This document shows, piece after piece, positions 1 to 9,984 of a stretch of DNA of 64,000 nucleotides. A program made the translations under genes and the position numbers. The stretch covers positions 5,425-69,424 of the forward strand of contig JBDLJU010000001.1 of NCBI GenBank assembly GCA_039714215.1, written 5' to 3'. The stretch's first letter is position 1, and every line of letters starts with the position of its first letter. The stretch is from Chloroflexota bacterium. GTDB taxonomy: Bacteria; Chloroflexota; Anaerolineae; Anaerolineales; UBA11579. The notes under the pieces are model-generated. The model ran no database searches and was not told the DNA's origin. It saw nothing but the letters and a program-made list of their open reading frames with translations.

Positions 1-2066
1 TCGGATTTTTCTTTCTCCAAGATCATCAAAGTAATATCATCATACTGAGGAGCCCCCTGGGCGTGTTCTTTGACCGCCTCAAGGATCTTGACCTGCAAAT
101 CGAAAGCAGGTTGATGGCGGTTCAGGATGACTGTTTCAACCAAATGATGATCATCGAATAATTCCCCTTCATTGTTCTGGGCCTCAGTTATCCCATCCGT
201 ATAAAGAATCAATTTATCCCCAGGTGAGAATTGCAAAGTGCGCCTTTCCCAGGAGGAGTCCTCCTCGATGCCGATCGGCATGCCAGTGCGGACGAGTGCA
301 ACAGGGACTGATTCAGGGTCAGTGCCAATCAAGATCGGAGGATTGTGGCCCGCGTTGCAATAAATCAAGGTGTTCTTGGTTGGATCTAAGACCCCATAAA
401 AGGTTGTGATAAAGAGGTTGGCCCGTGCATCTGCAAGGATGCGCTCGTTAGCCTCGCTAAGCACAAGGTCGGGACGGGATTGATATTCCAAGGCGTAGGT
501 GCGGATCAGGGTACGGCAAAGCGCCATATACAACGCTGCCCCAAGCCCTTTATCAGCTACATCAGCGATTACAATCCCCAACCGACCGCGGGACAGGGGG
601 ATCAAGTCAAAGAAGTCTCCAGACAGACCGCCAGCTGGTTCGAGAGAAACTGCGAGCTGCCAACCGGGAATGTTTGGAAACTGGTTAGGTAAGAAGCTGG
701 CCTGGATTTGGCCGGCAATCTTGATTTCCTGGCTCACCTTTTCGAGCGCAATCGAACGGGCGTATTCCTCCGCCTGATGAATTGCTGAGGAAATTTGGTC
801 ACGCAGAGAATGCAGGGCAGGGAACAGCCGCTGCAGCGCTTCAGTACTCCACGGTTGGGCCAGCTGATGAAGTTCCATGAAGATTCCGCCGATAATTTCC
901 TTACCTTCCTGAGCTAAAATCGGTGAATACACTACTGGGCGATGCGGCTTATGTTCCTCCTCCCAAGGAATTGGTTCTAAAGCAGTAAATGCCCGCGTAT
1001 TCGGGCACCCTTGAGCCCACTCCCAGATTTTAGTGATTTCGATGGGCCATTCGTCTTGCGGAGATTTAAATAGAATTTGACCTGGGATCATCCAGACCAC
1101 GATGTTTCCTGAAGGAAACATATTCGGAATATGCTCCCCAAGAATTTCTGGTAATATGGATACATCTGGGGGGGCGGTCAAAATTGCTCGACCAAGAGAT
1201 TCCAATTTCTCTAACTGCCTGGTTTGCTGCCGATTGCTTTCGGAGGTCATACTGAACTGTCTGGCGAGATATGCAACAATGATTAATCCCAGCACGAGGA
1301 AAATAAAAGTAGAAACCCCATTCTCAGAGTACAACCCAGCAGCAAGGATTGCGAAAGGATGGGCGAATGTTGGCAGAGCGAGCGAAAGGAAGAAGAATTG
1401 AACAATCGGTTGAATTTTTTCTGACCTGGTAAGTTTTTTTTGCGTATAAACTGCAAACAAAAAATATGGTAACCAGATCAGGATCAGTACTATAAAATTA
1501 ACAATAATTCCTGCAAAACCAGCGATGATGTTATGCGCGCCAAGATCCTGGATTGGATAAATTCCACCAAGTAATTCAAATACCCTTAAACCTGCGAGAT
1601 AGGGCAGGGTAAAACCTGCGATTGATAGAGAAAAATACCTCAAATTATTTAGCTTCGCAGCCTTACTGATGTCTTGGAACCAGCCAGAAAAGAATTGAAT
1701 GCCAAGCAGAACGATCATGATCCATAGGCTGGTTGGTCCAAAAATAAATGCCGCAGTCCAGACCGCCATACTATTGAATGACCCATCCGAACTTCCGTAA
1801 CGATCCTCTCTAAATTCTATGATCATGAAAAAATTTAAATAAGTGAAGAGAATAATTATTCCAGCAAGCAGCAGAAGCATCGTCCAATGTTGTCTGAATA
1901 TTGAAAAATCGCTTTCTCTCACCAACCAAAAAAATCCCAAGAGATAGGCAAGTGTTGAATAGCCAGTCGTCAGGATATCACCAACAATTACCAACTGCCG
2001 CGCAAGCGCGAAACTGGCAATATCAGGCCAAAATACTTTAGCAATCCGAAGAAGTGTCTTGTTCAA
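1..2066 (-). CDS. Membrane-anchored PP2C/SpoIIE-family protein phosphatase (RsbU-like); C-terminal end runs off the left window edge
   Basis: Absent from the ORF track because it is open at the edge. My minus-strand translation gives a polytopic hydrophobic N-terminal region (nt ~2066-1260), a linker, then a SpoIIE/PP2C domain (GGLSGDFFDLIPL, IVIADVADKGLGAALYMA, YCNAGHNPP, SPGDKLILYTDGITEA, YDDITLMILEKEKS). An in-frame TTG at 2066 has AAGGTG 7 nt upstream, and an in-frame stop lies at 2094-2096. An alternative ATG is at 1880. Confidence 0.8.
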   Translation of the reverse strand, partial: MNKTLLRIAKVFWPDIASFALARQLVIVGDILTTGYSTLAYLLGFFWLVRESDFSIFRQHWTMLLLLAGIIILFTYLNFFMIIEFREDRYGSSDGSFNSMAVWTAAFIFGPTSLWIMIVLLGIQFFSGWFQDISKAAKLNNLRYFSLSIAGFTLPYLAGLRVFELLGGIYPIQDLGAHNIIAGFAGIIVNFIVLILIWLPYFLFAVYTQKKLTRSEKIQPIVQFFFLSLALPTFAHPFAILAAGLYSENGVSTFIFLVLGLIIVAYLARQFSMTSESNRQQTRQLEKLESLGRAILTAPPDVSILPEILGEHIPNMFPSGNIVVWMIPGQILFKSPQDEWPIEITKIWEWAQGCPNTRAFTALEPIPWEEEHKPHRPVVYSPILAQEGKEIIGGIFMELHQLAQPWSTEALQRLFPALHSLRDQISSAIHQAEEYARSIALEKVSQEIKIAGQIQASFLPNQFPNIPGWQLAVSLEPAGGLSGDFFDLIPLSRGRLGIVIADVADKGLGAALYMALCRTLIRTYALEYQSRPDLVLSEANERILADARANLFITTFYGVLDPTKNTLIYCNAGHNPPILIGTDPESVPVALVRTGMPIGIEEDSSWERRTLQFSPGDKLILYTDGITEAQNNEGELFDDHHLVETVILNRHQPAFDLQVKILEAVKEHAQGAPQYDDITLMILEKEKS

Positions 2067-2320
2067 AAATCTGCACCTTAATTTCTTTTGTTCTTAAGCA
2101 ATCCTCACAAAGTCCTATCACCTTCGTGATCCAGGTGATCTCCATTTTTTCGAGACTCTCTTATTTTATCCGAAAAAATGGATCTGCGGATGAGAGACCT
2201 AGTGCCTTCAAAGAAAATACTACTTCAATGGCGACTAAGATGCGCGATGACGCGCGTCCAAGGGAGGTTCCTAAATAGTGTATAATTGGTGGCTCATAAA
2301 TAATAATAAGAGGAAATGAA

Positions 2321-2941
2321 ATGTTCAGATTTAAAAAATCGAAGAAAAATATCTTTTTAAAGTTGCTCGATGACCAGGCAACCTTGACTTACGAGGGTTT
2401 GAATATTTTGGTTGCTTACATGGAAAAACACACAAAGGAGCTCGCCCGAGAGCTGACCATCAAGGAAAAAGAAGCCGATGAAGTCAGAAGGATCTTAATT
2501 GATGAGCTGAACAAGACCTTCGTAACCCCCTTCGACCGCGAGGATATTTTCTCCCTATCGCGAGCAATTGATGATGTCCTGGATTACGCATACACTACAG
2601 TCGATGAGATGGATGTATTGGATGTCGAGCCGACCAGTTTTATGCTGCGAATTGCCTCGCTGCTGCGGGATTCTGCCTATGAAATTCAGCTGGGCGTTAA
2701 GCGCCTGGAAGGACATACTGGGGTTGCAATTGAGCACGCCCAACGTGCTAAAGCCCTCGAGAATCGAGTTGAATCTGTTTACCGCGAAGCGATTGCAGAT
2801 CTTTTCTCGGGACCTGAAGATGTCCATCACATTGTAGAAATGCTAAAAATGCGAGAAGTCTACCGCCATCTGAGCAATGCTGCTGACCGGGGTGATGAAG
2901 CAGCAAATTTGGTCGCCGATATCGTCGTTAAAATGGCTTAA
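2321..2941 (+). CDS. DUF47 / PhoU-like (YkaA-type) putative phosphate-transport regulator
   Basis: 206 aa helical protein with DUF47-like motifs (FVTPFDREDI, MREVYRHLSNAADRGDEAANLV). SD AAGAGGA lies upstream of the ATG. No Pit-type transporter is adjacent. Confidence 0.7.
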   Translation: MFRFKKSKKNIFLKLLDDQATLTYEGLNILVAYMEKHTKELARELTIKEKEADEVRRILIDELNKTFVTPFDREDIFSLSRAIDDVLDYAYTTVDEMDVLDVEPTSFMLRIASLLRDSAYEIQLGVKRLEGHTGVAIEHAQRAKALENRVESVYREAIADLFSGPEDVHHIVEMLKMREVYRHLSNAADRGDEAANLVADIVVKMA

Positions 2942-3003
2942 CTCGCACGTGTCAGCGTAATTAAATATTTTTGTTGGCACCGCTCTCTTCTTTGATTTCT
3001 AAG

Positions 3004-4104
3004 TTAGAGATTAAATCGATAATAAATCACATCCCCATCCTGAACGACGTATTCTCGCCCCTCTGAACGCAGCTGGCCAATGCTCTTTAATGCAGTCCAA
3101 CTACCGTGTTCTTCAAAATTTTCAAAGGTTGCTACATCAGCTTTGATAAATCCACGTTCAAAATCGGTATGGATTTGTCCAGCCGCCTGAGGCGCAGACC
3201 ACCCATCGGGAATTGTCCAGGCACGCACCTCGTCCTCATTAAAACTAAAATAACTGATCAGTCCAAGCATTTGATAACTTTTCCGGAGAATCTTATCCAA
3301 TCCGCGTTGTTTAATTCCAGAAATTTCTAAATATTCATTCCGCTCCTCTGGGGAAAAATCTATGATGTCCTCTTCAAGCCTGGCACAAATCGTCAGGTAC
3401 TCCACCTGCTTGTCAGAAGCATATTCTCTCAGCTCCGCTTCAAAGGAGGATTCGGAAACCAAGCCTTCTTCATCAACATTGCCAATAAATATCACCGGCT
3501 TGGCTGTCAGGAAGCGAAGCTCCTGGTTCAATTCCTGGAAAGCCGGATCGGTCCGGCCTTCAAATCCCCACAGCGGATTGCCCGCCGCAAGCACCTCCAG
3601 AAGTCGCCTGGCCATCTCCATTACAGGGATCAAATTTTTATCGCCCTTGACCTGGCGGCTGAGCTTTTCAATTCGTGCCTCAAGCTGCTGGTAATCCGCC
3701 AATGCCAATTCAGTATTAATAATCTCAATATCTTCAATAGGGGAGGGCAGAGCATTTATATGGACAACATTGGGGTCGTCAAAGCAGCGGACGACATGCA
3801 GTACTGCATCCACATCACGGATGTGACCTAGAAATTGATTTCCTAAACCTTCACCCTGGCTGGCGCCTTTCACCAAGCCAGCGACGTCGACAAATTGAAT
3901 CGTGGCATGGATTTTCCGCCCAACGTTTACTAAGGAAGCCAGCTTTTCAAGCCGGCTGTCTGGTACAGGGACAATTGATTTATTCGGTTCGATTGTACAA
4001 AAGGGGTAATTTGCAACCTGGGCAGCCTGTTCCTGCACCAAGGCATTAAAAATTGTTGATTTCCCAACATTTGGTAAACCGATGATTCCAATGCTTAAGC
4101 TCAT
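3004..4104 (-). CDS. ychF: Ribosome-binding ATPase YchF
   Basis: 366 aa with P-loop GLPNVGKST at the N-terminus and a C-terminal TGS-like region (ERGFIKADV). SD GGAGAG upstream. Confidence 0.93.
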   Translation of the reverse strand: MSLSIGIIGLPNVGKSTIFNALVQEQAAQVANYPFCTIEPNKSIVPVPDSRLEKLASLVNVGRKIHATIQFVDVAGLVKGASQGEGLGNQFLGHIRDVDAVLHVVRCFDDPNVVHINALPSPIEDIEIINTELALADYQQLEARIEKLSRQVKGDKNLIPVMEMARRLLEVLAAGNPLWGFEGRTDPAFQELNQELRFLTAKPVIFIGNVDEEGLVSESSFEAELREYASDKQVEYLTICARLEEDIIDFSPEERNEYLEISGIKQRGLDKILRKSYQMLGLISYFSFNEDEVRAWTIPDGWSAPQAAGQIHTDFERGFIKADVATFENFEEHGSWTALKSIGQLRSEGREYVVQDGDVIYYRFNL

Positions 4105-4182
4105 CTAAGGTTCTCTCCAGGTTAACAGTTGATTTGCTTCTAACCTATTTTAATCGAGAACGTGATCGGTATACAAGCCGTT

Positions 4183-5688
4183 CTAATGCCTAAAATGCCT
4201 GACCCCGGTAAATACCATCGCGATTCCCAGGTCATCAGCTGCCTGGATTGAGGCGTCATCTCGAATCGAACCCCCCGGTTGAATAATTGCAGTGATGCCG
4301 TACTCTGCAGCGGCATGCACTGCATCTGGGAAGGGGAAGAAGGCATCGGACGCCATTACTGCTCCCTTGGAGAGTTCCCCCGCCCGCTGCGCTGCGATAT
4401 GCACGCAGTCAATCCGGTTCGGCTGCCCCCCGCCAATCCCAACAGTGGCCTCACCTTGAACAAACACAATCGCATTCGATTTCACATGCTGGCAGGCTTT
4501 CCAGGCAAATTCCAATGCTTTCATTTCATCTGGGGTTGGTTCCCGTTTTGTGGGAACTTCTCTGCAGGTGCCCTCAGGATCGCCGGCATCAAAACTCTGC
4601 TGTAATACTCCGCCGGCAACTGAGCGCAATTCTGGTTTTAAATCGACAGCAGTATTCGTCATCTTTATTAATCGCAGGTTGGATTTTGACTGCAAACTCT
4701 CCAGCGCTTCCACAGTGAACTCGGGAGCAATGATGCATTCAACAAATAATTCACCTAGCTGATCTGCAACATGAAAATCAAAAACCTGGTTGGTGGCAAT
4801 CACACCCCCAAAAGCTGACACTGGATCAGAAGCCAGCGCCATCGGGTACGCCTCAGCCAAAGAATCGGCAGAAGCTATCCCACAAGGGGAAAGATGTTTG
4901 ACAATGCAGACCGTTGGGCGTTTAAAGCTGATTGCCGCCCTCCAGGCTGAATCCAGGTCCAGTAAGTTATTGTATGAAACCGGTTTTCCGTGCAGCTGCT
5001 CACCACCGAGAGGTCCTGATTCTGGCTGGTAGCCAAAGAACTGCGCAGTTTGGTGAGGGTTCTCGCCATAGCGTAAAGTCTGGCTCGGATACAAAGATAA
5101 TCTTTTCGACGAATTCACAGTCAAATAGGTGAAAATTGCATCATCATACTCTGATGTATGCGCAAAAGCCTTTTTCGCCAGGCTTAAACGCTTCTCTTCA
5201 TTAGATGACTCGTTAGTTTTGATATCATCAACCACTTCTGAATAATCTTCTGGTGAGACGACCACAGTCACCCGTTTAAAGTTCTTTGCAGCAGCACGGA
5301 TCAATGCCACTCCGCCAATATCAATGTTCTCTACCGCCTCTTCGATAGTCACATTTGGATTTTCAACGGTCGCTTGAAATGGATATAGATTTACTGCCAC
5401 CAGGTCGATCAAATCGGCGTCAATCATCTCCAGATCTGCCTTGTCCGCAGTCGATTCCCTCGCCAAAATTCCTCCATGCACTGCAGGATGGAGGGTTTTA
5501 ACTCGTCCACCCAATATTTCTGGAGAGCGGGTATAGGTCGCCACTTCAGTTACAGCAATGCCTGCCTGACGGACAGCCTCAGCGGTACCACCACTGGCTA
5601 GAAAATTCCATCCCAGCTCAGCCAGCGGCTTAACCAATTCTTCAATTAACCCAGTTTTATCTGATACTGACAACAAGGCGGTGGGCAT
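4183..5688 (-). CDS. purH: Bifunctional AICAR transformylase / IMP cyclohydrolase
   Basis: 501 aa with an N-terminal MGS-like domain (ALLSVSDKTGL) and a C-terminal AICARFT domain (VKHLSPCGIA, DAFFPFPD). Last gene of the pur string. Confidence 0.95.
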   Translation of the reverse strand: MPTALLSVSDKTGLIEELVKPLAELGWNFLASGGTAEAVRQAGIAVTEVATYTRSPEILGGRVKTLHPAVHGGILARESTADKADLEMIDADLIDLVAVNLYPFQATVENPNVTIEEAVENIDIGGVALIRAAAKNFKRVTVVVSPEDYSEVVDDIKTNESSNEEKRLSLAKKAFAHTSEYDDAIFTYLTVNSSKRLSLYPSQTLRYGENPHQTAQFFGYQPESGPLGGEQLHGKPVSYNNLLDLDSAWRAAISFKRPTVCIVKHLSPCGIASADSLAEAYPMALASDPVSAFGGVIATNQVFDFHVADQLGELFVECIIAPEFTVEALESLQSKSNLRLIKMTNTAVDLKPELRSVAGGVLQQSFDAGDPEGTCREVPTKREPTPDEMKALEFAWKACQHVKSNAIVFVQGEATVGIGGGQPNRIDCVHIAAQRAGELSKGAVMASDAFFPFPDAVHAAAEYGITAIIQPGGSIRDDASIQAADDLGIAMVFTGVRHFRH

Positions 5689-6289
5689 TTTTTATCTCCT
5701 TCTCATTGATCACTGACTGAATCGCGGATACCAACAAACGGTGCTCAACCTGATGAATCCGTTTTTCTAAATCATCTTGAGAATCGCTCGAAAAGATAGG
5801 GACTAATTCGGTGGCAATCACCGGGCCATCATCAACACCTTCATCAGGTACATAGTGGATCATTACACCAGTGTGGGAAATTTTTCCAGCCTGGAAAGCT
5901 GAGTAAGCCTCAGCAATCCCATGTGCCCCCGGGAAAGTACCGGGAAGGGCAGGGTGCAAATTGATTACCTGCCCCGGGAAGTGTTCTAAGAAAGCCATTG
6001 ATAAGATTCGCATCCATCCAGCCAGGATCACCAAATCTGGTGAATGTTGTTTAACAATTTCTGCTAATTCAGCATCGTAATCTGCACGGGGTTGACTTTT
6101 TTTTGATAAATGGACCGCTGCAGGGACACCAGCATTGCGCGCCCTTTCCAATCCGAAAGCAGACGGATTATTGCTGACAACCGCAGCTACATTGGCAGCC
6201 AAGCGGCCCTCGGCAGACGCCTTGAGGATCGCCCCCAAATTAGAGCCGCTCCCAGAAATCAGTACAACCAGCCGGGTGAGGTTAGACAA
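5657..6289 (-). CDS. purN: Phosphoribosylglycinamide formyltransferase
   Basis: 210 aa with LISGSGSNL, LAGWMRIL and INLHPALPG motifs. It overlaps purH by 32 nt and purD-purM by 8 nt. Confidence 0.93.
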   Translation of the reverse strand: MSNLTRLVVLISGSGSNLGAILKASAEGRLAANVAAVVSNNPSAFGLERARNAGVPAAVHLSKKSQPRADYDAELAEIVKQHSPDLVILAGWMRILSMAFLEHFPGQVINLHPALPGTFPGAHGIAEAYSAFQAGKISHTGVMIHYVPDEGVDDGPVIATELVPIFSSDSQDDLEKRIHQVEHRLLVSAIQSVINEKEIKNAHRLVVSIR

Positions 6290-8564
6290 GTTTAACTCCA
6301 GGGATCCCAGTGACCTGGCCTATGATCCAGGTTTCCTCGGTGATAGAGGATTGCAGAGCCTCCACCTGGTCCTTGTCAACAATTACCACCATCCCAATAC
6401 CCATATTGAACACACGGTACATTTCAGGTTTATCAATATTTCCCACTGACTGAATTAGCTTAAATATCTCTGGCACTTCCCACGAACGCATATCCAAATT
6501 AATGCCATATCCAGCCGGCAGCACTCTAGGGATGTTATCAATATGCCCGCCACCAGTGATATGCGCCAACGCCTTCACGGGATTATGAGGTTTAGTGAGC
6601 AGTGGTTGCAGTAACCCCAGATACGATCGATGCGGGGTAAGCAATGCCTCAAGAATAGTTAGCCCTGAATTTTTCAACCGGTTGTTGACCGGATATCCCT
6701 CAAAGATAGAACGGATCAAGCTGAAACCGTTGGTATGCGGTCCGTCAGAAGCAATCCCAACCAGCAAGTCACCAGCTTCAATCCCTGACCGGGGAAGGAT
6801 TTTACCTTTTTCGACAACACCAACGATCGTACCAGCGAGATCAAATTGATCCTGACGGTATACCCCAGGCATTTCGGCAGTTTCTCCACCCAGGAGTGCA
6901 ATCCCAGCTGACCGGCAGGCTGCTGAAATCCCAGTTACAATTTCTGCCAGATGTTCTGAGACCAATTTGCTTGAGGCGTAATAATCCAGAAAGAAGAGGG
7001 GGAAGGCCCCCTGGACAAGAATATCATTGATACAGTGATTGACGATGTCATGTCCAATGGATTGGTAGCTCCCAGCTTTGCTGGCAAGAATTACCTTCGT
7101 CCCAACACCATCGGTGGAAGCGACCAATACCGGGTTCGACAATGTGCTCAAACTAGAGATATCAAACAACCCACCGAATGAGCCTACTTCTGATAAAACC
7201 CTGGAATTATAAGTGCTTGAAACGGACTTTTTGATCAGATCCGCTGCGCGATTACCTTCATCAATCGAAACCCCAGAAGAAGCATAATTCGATGGTGTTT
7301 TGGCAATATCCGTGCGGTACTGCATGCCTGGGAATTTTATCTTTTCAAGCTGCCCGTTGGCATTCCTGGCAGCATCATTCAGTTCAGATCCCAGAGCGGT
7401 AATACCTAAAACACGGCCGCCGTTGGTCACTACCTGCTTGTTTCCAAAGGCGGTACCTGCATGAAACGCCCATCCATCGGAAACCAACTCCAACCCGGTT
7501 ATCGGATCCCCTTTGCGATATTCTTCGGGATATCCTTCAGAAGCCAGCACAACACACACAGCATATTTTTCATTCCAGCCAACCGAGTCCTTGATCTGGT
7601 CAAGCTCACCAGCTTCGCATGCGAGTAGAATCTCCACCAGGTCGCCATTTAATAAGGGCAAGATTACCTGGGTTTCCGGGTCGCCAAAGCGGCAGTTGTA
7701 TTCAAGCAGCCTGGGACCTTCTTCAGTCATGATGACCCCCGCATAAAGCACACCTGAGTAGGGAGTGCCTTCCGAAGCCATTCCACGCAATGCAGGAGCT
7801 ATGAAAGCCTCAGTCAGGTCGGCAGCCATTTCCGGTGGGCAATAAGGACTTGGGGCGAAAACACCCATCCCACCGGTATTCGGACCCTGGTCATTGTCCA
7901 GCAGCCTCTTGTGATCCTGCGCTGGCGGCATGCTTAGCAATTTTTTACCGTCAGTAAAAGCTAATAAGGAAACTTCTCGGCCAAACAAACGTTCTTCAAT
8001 AACCACTTGGGTTCCTGCATCCCCGAATTTGTTTTTATTGAAGATCAAATCCAATACGGCGACAGCCTGATCGTGATCCTCCGGTAAAAATACGCCTTTC
8101 CCCGCGGCTAAACCTGATACCTTGATCACATACTGATAGCTGACAGTTTGAATATACTCTAGAGCCGAGGAATGATCATCAACGACTACAAATTGCGCAG
8201 TTGGTATTTCATGGCGCTGCATAAATACTTTCGAAAACACTTTAGATGATTCAAGTTGAGCGGCTGCCTGGGATGGACCAAACACCAAATAGCCATTTTT
8301 CCTCAACTCGTCAGAGACTCCTGCAGCTAATGGAGATTCTGGACCAATCACAACAAAGTCAATCTCATGCTTTTTTGCAGCGATAAGGATTTCTTCGGCA
8401 TCATCCACATCACCGGGGATATTCATTCCAAAATCCGCAGTGCCCGGATTCCCTTGCATGCAGAACAGCTTCTTCAACCTTGGAGATTGGGAGAGCTTCC
8501 AAGCAAGCGCATGTTCTCTCCCGCCAGCCCCTAACAAGAGGATATTCACCTTAGCATTGTCCAT
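6282..8564 (-). CDS. purD/purM: Fused GAR synthetase (PurD) and AIR synthetase (PurM)
   Basis: 760 aa single ORF. Residues 1 to ~425 form the PurD ATP-grasp (LLLGAGGREHALAWKL, EYNCRFGDPE). Residues ~435-760 are PurM (GSFGGLFD, VASTDGVGTK, GGETAEMPG, HITGGG). Confidence 0.93.
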   Translation of the reverse strand: MDNAKVNILLLGAGGREHALAWKLSQSPRLKKLFCMQGNPGTADFGMNIPGDVDDAEEILIAAKKHEIDFVVIGPESPLAAGVSDELRKNGYLVFGPSQAAAQLESSKVFSKVFMQRHEIPTAQFVVVDDHSSALEYIQTVSYQYVIKVSGLAAGKGVFLPEDHDQAVAVLDLIFNKNKFGDAGTQVVIEERLFGREVSLLAFTDGKKLLSMPPAQDHKRLLDNDQGPNTGGMGVFAPSPYCPPEMAADLTEAFIAPALRGMASEGTPYSGVLYAGVIMTEEGPRLLEYNCRFGDPETQVILPLLNGDLVEILLACEAGELDQIKDSVGWNEKYAVCVVLASEGYPEEYRKGDPITGLELVSDGWAFHAGTAFGNKQVVTNGGRVLGITALGSELNDAARNANGQLEKIKFPGMQYRTDIAKTPSNYASSGVSIDEGNRAADLIKKSVSSTYNSRVLSEVGSFGGLFDISSLSTLSNPVLVASTDGVGTKVILASKAGSYQSIGHDIVNHCINDILVQGAFPLFFLDYYASSKLVSEHLAEIVTGISAACRSAGIALLGGETAEMPGVYRQDQFDLAGTIVGVVEKGKILPRSGIEAGDLLVGIASDGPHTNGFSLIRSIFEGYPVNNRLKNSGLTILEALLTPHRSYLGLLQPLLTKPHNPVKALAHITGGGHIDNIPRVLPAGYGINLDMRSWEVPEIFKLIQSVGNIDKPEMYRVFNMGIGMVVIVDKDQVEALQSSITEETWIIGQVTGIPGVKLV

Positions 8565-9984
8565 CAGTATTTTTGCTACTTTCGAACTGGTATTTGGTAT
8601 TCGATTGGTTCACTTCAAATGGATACGTACCGGTGAAACAAGCATTGCAGTATCCCTCAATGCTGTTGATCGCGGTCATCATTCCTTCAAGCGAGATGTA
8701 ATTCAAGCTGTCAGCGCCTAGTAGTTCCTTGATCTCTTCAATACCAAAATTCGATGCGATCAATTCCTCTGGAGTAGACATATCGACCCCCATGAAACAG
8801 GGGGCAATGATCGGGGGGCAGGTAATGCAAAAGTGGACTTCCTTTGCGCCTGCCTCTCTGATTAGTTTGACAAGACGCTTTGCCGTGGTTCCCCTCACAA
8901 TTGAATCATCAATTAAGATTACTCTCTGACCACTCAACACCTGGTCAATCGGGCTGTATTTCATATCCACACCTTTTTTACGGGAACTCTCGGATGGCTG
9001 AATAAAAGTGCGTCCGATGTATCGGTTTTTGAGCAGCCCAATATCATAGGGAATTTGACTTTCCACAGCATACCCCAAAGCAGCAGGAATAGATGAATCA
9101 GGGACGGGGACAACGACATCAGCTTCAATTGGAAATTCTTTGGCAACCTGTTCACCCAACCGTCGGCGGACCTGGTGGACAACCTTCCCGTCCCAGATAC
9201 TGTCGGGCCGCGAAAAATAAATATGTTCAAATGTGCATTTCGCCTGTGGCTGCTTAACTGGCAGCGCTTGATTTACAATTAATGCCGAATTGTGTAAATC
9301 GATCACCTCACCAGGGTTGACTTCGCGGATCGAATGACAGCCAATCACCTGCAATGCGCCGGTTTCGGAAGCCACCGCATAACCACCCTGAGAGAGCGAG
9401 CCGATCGTCAGCGGACGCAAACCCCATGGATCCCGTGCTGCAAAGATGCCGTCTAGAGTGAGGATCACAATCGAGTAAGCGCCAATCCACTTTGGCATGC
9501 AGTTTGAGATTTTTTTGATAAATCCAGCACCTTTTGCGCGGGCCAACATTGCCAGCATCACTTCAGTATCCGTAGAGGAAACCAGCCCCATTCCCTGGTC
9601 TAGCAGCTCTTTGCGCAGTTCAGCAGCATTGACCAGGTTACCGTTGTGCGCCAAAGCCACAGGTCCATGCTTGGTATTGAACTGCATCGGTTGTACGTTT
9701 TCGAGCGAGGAGGAGCCGGTTGTGCTGTAACGAGTATGACCAATCGCCAGTTTTCCTTCCAGCTGAGAAATCACATCCTCGGAAAACACCTGATTTACTA
9801 AACCCTGTCCCTTGTGCAGCGCCATCCGTTCGCCATCAGATACAGCAATCCCTGCCGCTTCTTGACCGCGATGCTGCAAAGCAAACAGCCCAAAGAAAGT
9901 TTGCCGGGCAGCTTCATTTGGCATTCTAGATGAGATGCCAAAAACGCCGCACTCGTGTTGGGGTTTATCGGAATAATTATCCAT
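8551..9984 (-). CDS. purF: Amidophosphoribosyltransferase
   Basis: 477 aa with Ntn-type catalytic Cys (HECGVFGI) and PRTase motif VILIDDSIVRGTT. Confidence 0.95.
   Translation of the reverse strand: MDNYSDKPQHECGVFGISSRMPNEAARQTFFGLFALQHRGQEAAGIAVSDGERMALHKGQGLVNQVFSEDVISQLEGKLAIGHTRYSTTGSSSLENVQPMQFNTKHGPVALAHNGNLVNAAELRKELLDQGMGLVSSTDTEVMLAMLARAKGAGFIKKISNCMPKWIGAYSIVILTLDGIFAARDPWGLRPLTIGSLSQGGYAVASETGALQVIGCHSIREVNPGEVIDLHNSALIVNQALPVKQPQAKCTFEHIYFSRPDSIWDGKVVHQVRRRLGEQVAKEFPIEADVVVPVPDSSIPAALGYAVESQIPYDIGLLKNRYIGRTFIQPSESSRKKGVDMKYSPIDQVLSGQRVILIDDSIVRGTTAKRLVKLIREAGAKEVHFCITCPPIIAPCFMGVDMSTPEELIASNFGIEEIKELLGADSLNYISLEGMMTAINSIEGYCNACFTGTYPFEVNQSNTKYQFESSKNTDGQC

Noticed and set aside
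2321-2941. DUF47 gene lacking its usual Pit-type phosphate transporter partner, considered as an anomaly
   Set aside because: Orphan DUF47 genes occur, and nothing in the flanks suggests a disrupted transporter. It is not worth a finding.
2975-2990. Other TGGCAC hits (2975-2980 and 16523-16528) as sigma-54 promoters
   Set aside because: Neither is followed by TTGC at the required 5-nt spacing. One lies between convergent gene ends and the other is inside a coding region.
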